DNA of 64,000 nucleotides. It comes from Zootoca vivipara. Lineage: Eukaryota. The notes beneath the pieces were generated by a model. The model was given only the letters and a program-made list of their open reading frames with translations. It did not search any database and had not been told where the DNA came from. Where the stretch lies: positions 16,368,001 to 16,432,000 of the forward strand of contig NC_083279.1 in NCBI RefSeq assembly GCF_963506605.1, given 5' to 3'. The translations under genes were made by a program, and so were the position numbers. Below are positions 61,898 through 64,000 of the stretch, piece by piece; position 1 is the first letter of the stretch; each line of letters starts with the position of its first letter.

Positions 61898-62005
61898 TTC
61901 TGTTTCAGTGTATCTGAAGAAGTGTGTATGCACATGAAAGCTCATACCTATGACAAACTTAGTTGGTTTCTAAGGTGCTACTGGAATGATTTTTGTTTTT
62001 GTTTT
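61898..62005 (+). mobile_element. Penelope-like pLTR fragment with hammerhead motif (61910-61947)
   Basis: GTAT-CTGAAGA-A-GTGTGTATGCACAT-GAAA-GC-TC-ATAC followed by ctatgacaaacttagttggtttctaaggtgctactggaa. Confidence 0.8.
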
Positions 62006-62918
62006 AAGTAATTGAAGTTAGTAATAGAAGGGAATTGCAAATAAATAAATGAATGAAATGAAATGAAATGAAAGTATGTAGTAGTTCTATCCTTATTGTG
62101 CCCAAAGAGCCCCTCTCTCCCTTCCTCCCAAATAAAGTGTTCCTCCTGAGGGAAGGGAAGGGAAGATGAAAACTGGCCAGAGGCAGGCTCTAGCTGTCAG
62201 ACAGGAGCTGAGAGCGATTTCATGCATCTGTGCAATCCATGGAAATTTGAATTTTACAGTTCAGTACTCTGCGCAAGAGATAACAGGGAAAATGTTTTGG
62301 ATTGGGAAAATGGAGAGAGAGAGAGAAATTCATTAGAAAATGTAGCTGTCCCTTTCTGTATTATTATCTTCTCTCTTTCTTATATTATGGGTATGTCTTA
62401 TTTTCGGAGAAACAGGTTACTGGTGGAAATCCTGACAAGGTAGTGAATAAATATTTTTTTCTCTTATTCTCCAAGTTTAATCCCAAATCCTGCCATTCGA
62501 TATTGCTGTAGCAACCACAAAACCTCCTCTGTAGTATAACATAAGAACAATGAAGGGTCCACTTCCTCTTTGTAACCCATCCTGCCAATTACTGGCGTAA
62601 GCTACACCCAGGTATTGGTCAGCTCATAAGAGGATTCCCCTAGCACACGGTAAGGCTCGGACCCTTCATAAGCCAATACAGGACAATGAAAACACATGGT
62701 GACTTGGCTGTTTCAAGACACTCCATCGACCTCTTCTGAATTTGGGACTAAAAGGTGAAAGGAAAGTATGGGTGTATCAACAGTAAGTTATATCCACAGT
62801 TTGTTTCATTGCACATGATTGCTGATCACACGGCATGTGAGTTAGGGCATCAAACATACCTGGAATTGAGAAACATATTTTAAAAACTCTGTGAAAATGC
62901 CTTTTTTAAAAAAAAATG

Positions 62919-62919
<1 letters not shown>

Positions 62920-62968
<49 letters not shown>
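62920..62968. repeat. (TA)n microsatellite
   Basis: Direct reading. Confidence 0.95.
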
Positions 62969-62970
<2 letters not shown>

Positions 62971-63205
62971 AATTTGCTATTAGCTCACCATCGCCATCTA
63001 GTGTCACATTTGTACAATGCACTTAAAACCCACTTAAAATGTTTTATTTGCAGATGTATAGTTGAGTCCTTAGCTTCCTGTTCCCCAGGTTTCTGTAGCT
63101 TGGGCCAACATGAGGTAACTTTGTAACATTTACCTTAAACCAGGATTTTTATTTGATCAATGAGTTATTAGTTGCTTTACTCAGCTAGTTTGCTAGCTTA
63201 TAGCC

Positions 63206-63341
63206 CAGGCATCCCCAAACTGCGGTCCTCCAGATGTTTTGGACTACAATTCCCATCATCCCCGACCACTGGTCCTGTTAGCTAGGGATCATGGGAGTTG
63301 TAGGCCAAAACATCCGGAAGGCCGCAGTTTGGGGATGCCTG
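63206..63341. mobile_element. hAT MITE (near-identical to 2295-2430)
   Basis: CAGGCATCCCCAAACTGCGG...CCGCAGTTTGGGGATGCCTG; degenerate TSD TTATAGCC/CTGTAGCC. Confidence 0.9.
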
Positions 63342-64000
63342 CTGTAGCCCATCTTTAGGAAAGCTAGAAACATTGTGGGAGAAAATCTCGTTGGGGGTTC
63401 AGTATGAAGGTTCACACCAAATTCCTCATTAGTCCCACTTTATTCAGTAATACATTACTGGACCGAGTCCAAGAGAGTCTGTGAGAGAATATACATTAGC
63501 ACACACCTCATGAAGACAATACAAAGCATCTTGGCTGTTTATTCTCCAACCATCACCCTTCTGCCATCTTCTGCCACCTGAGTATCTCACCACTTCTTCA
63601 TACAACCACAATCCTTGAAAACCCTTATTCACCCCAAGTTTTTTGCTCTAGGTGCAGAGCCCTCCCTCCACCTTACCTGGTATTCAACGTTAGGTTCCTC
63701 CTAAACTGCTTCTTATCAGTTTTGCGGTCAGGCCACACTCCTCTGTAATGACACTGTCCTTACTGATAATGGGTTTTGCTCAATTTCTACCTCATCTCCA
63801 AAGGGTATGTAGTCAAAGGGCTTAGTCGGGGGGCAGATCTTCCAAAGGTTATGTCATTTGAAACATTATGGGTAAACAACACACACTTTATGAACTGGCT
63901 TACTTCCGTAATTATTTCTGCCTCCTATCTGTTCATGAAATACAGTGATTTGAGCAGGTCAGGTTGCTAGAGAAAATTTCAGTATTTTCAACGGCAGCAC

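Overview
Vertebrate genomic DNA from a squamate reptile, most likely a lacertid lizard (inferred from Sauria SINEs, a Squam3-type SINE with a CTT tail, BovB/RTE, L2, CR1 and a tRNA-Lys/CR1-tail SINE). The only protein-coding gene I can support is SLITRK1, a single coding exon at 13489..15564 (+, 691 aa). It has a CpG-island promoter and a long 3' UTR, and lies in an apparently TE-free ~9.6 kb island. The rest is intergenic DNA dense with LINE fragments, SINEs, hAT- and Tc1/mariner-type MITEs and microsatellites, plus one 177-nt N gap. Most notable: (1) a Penelope-like retroelement family carrying minimal hammerhead ribozymes, including a ~95-bp ribozyme-centred insertion with a perfect 13-bp TSD and an inverted pair; (2) a ~1.23-kb non-coding L1-type retroposon with a 22-bp TSD; (3) SLITRK1 regulatory candidates: a split-spacer REST/RE1 site, a 5-codon uORF, a 5'-UTR intron and the counterpart of the human var321/miR-24-1-5p site; (4) a perfect 26-bp hairpin with an ETS site in each arm; (5) nested TE stacks whose insertion order can be read from their TSDs. 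All family assignments were made by eye without database searches.
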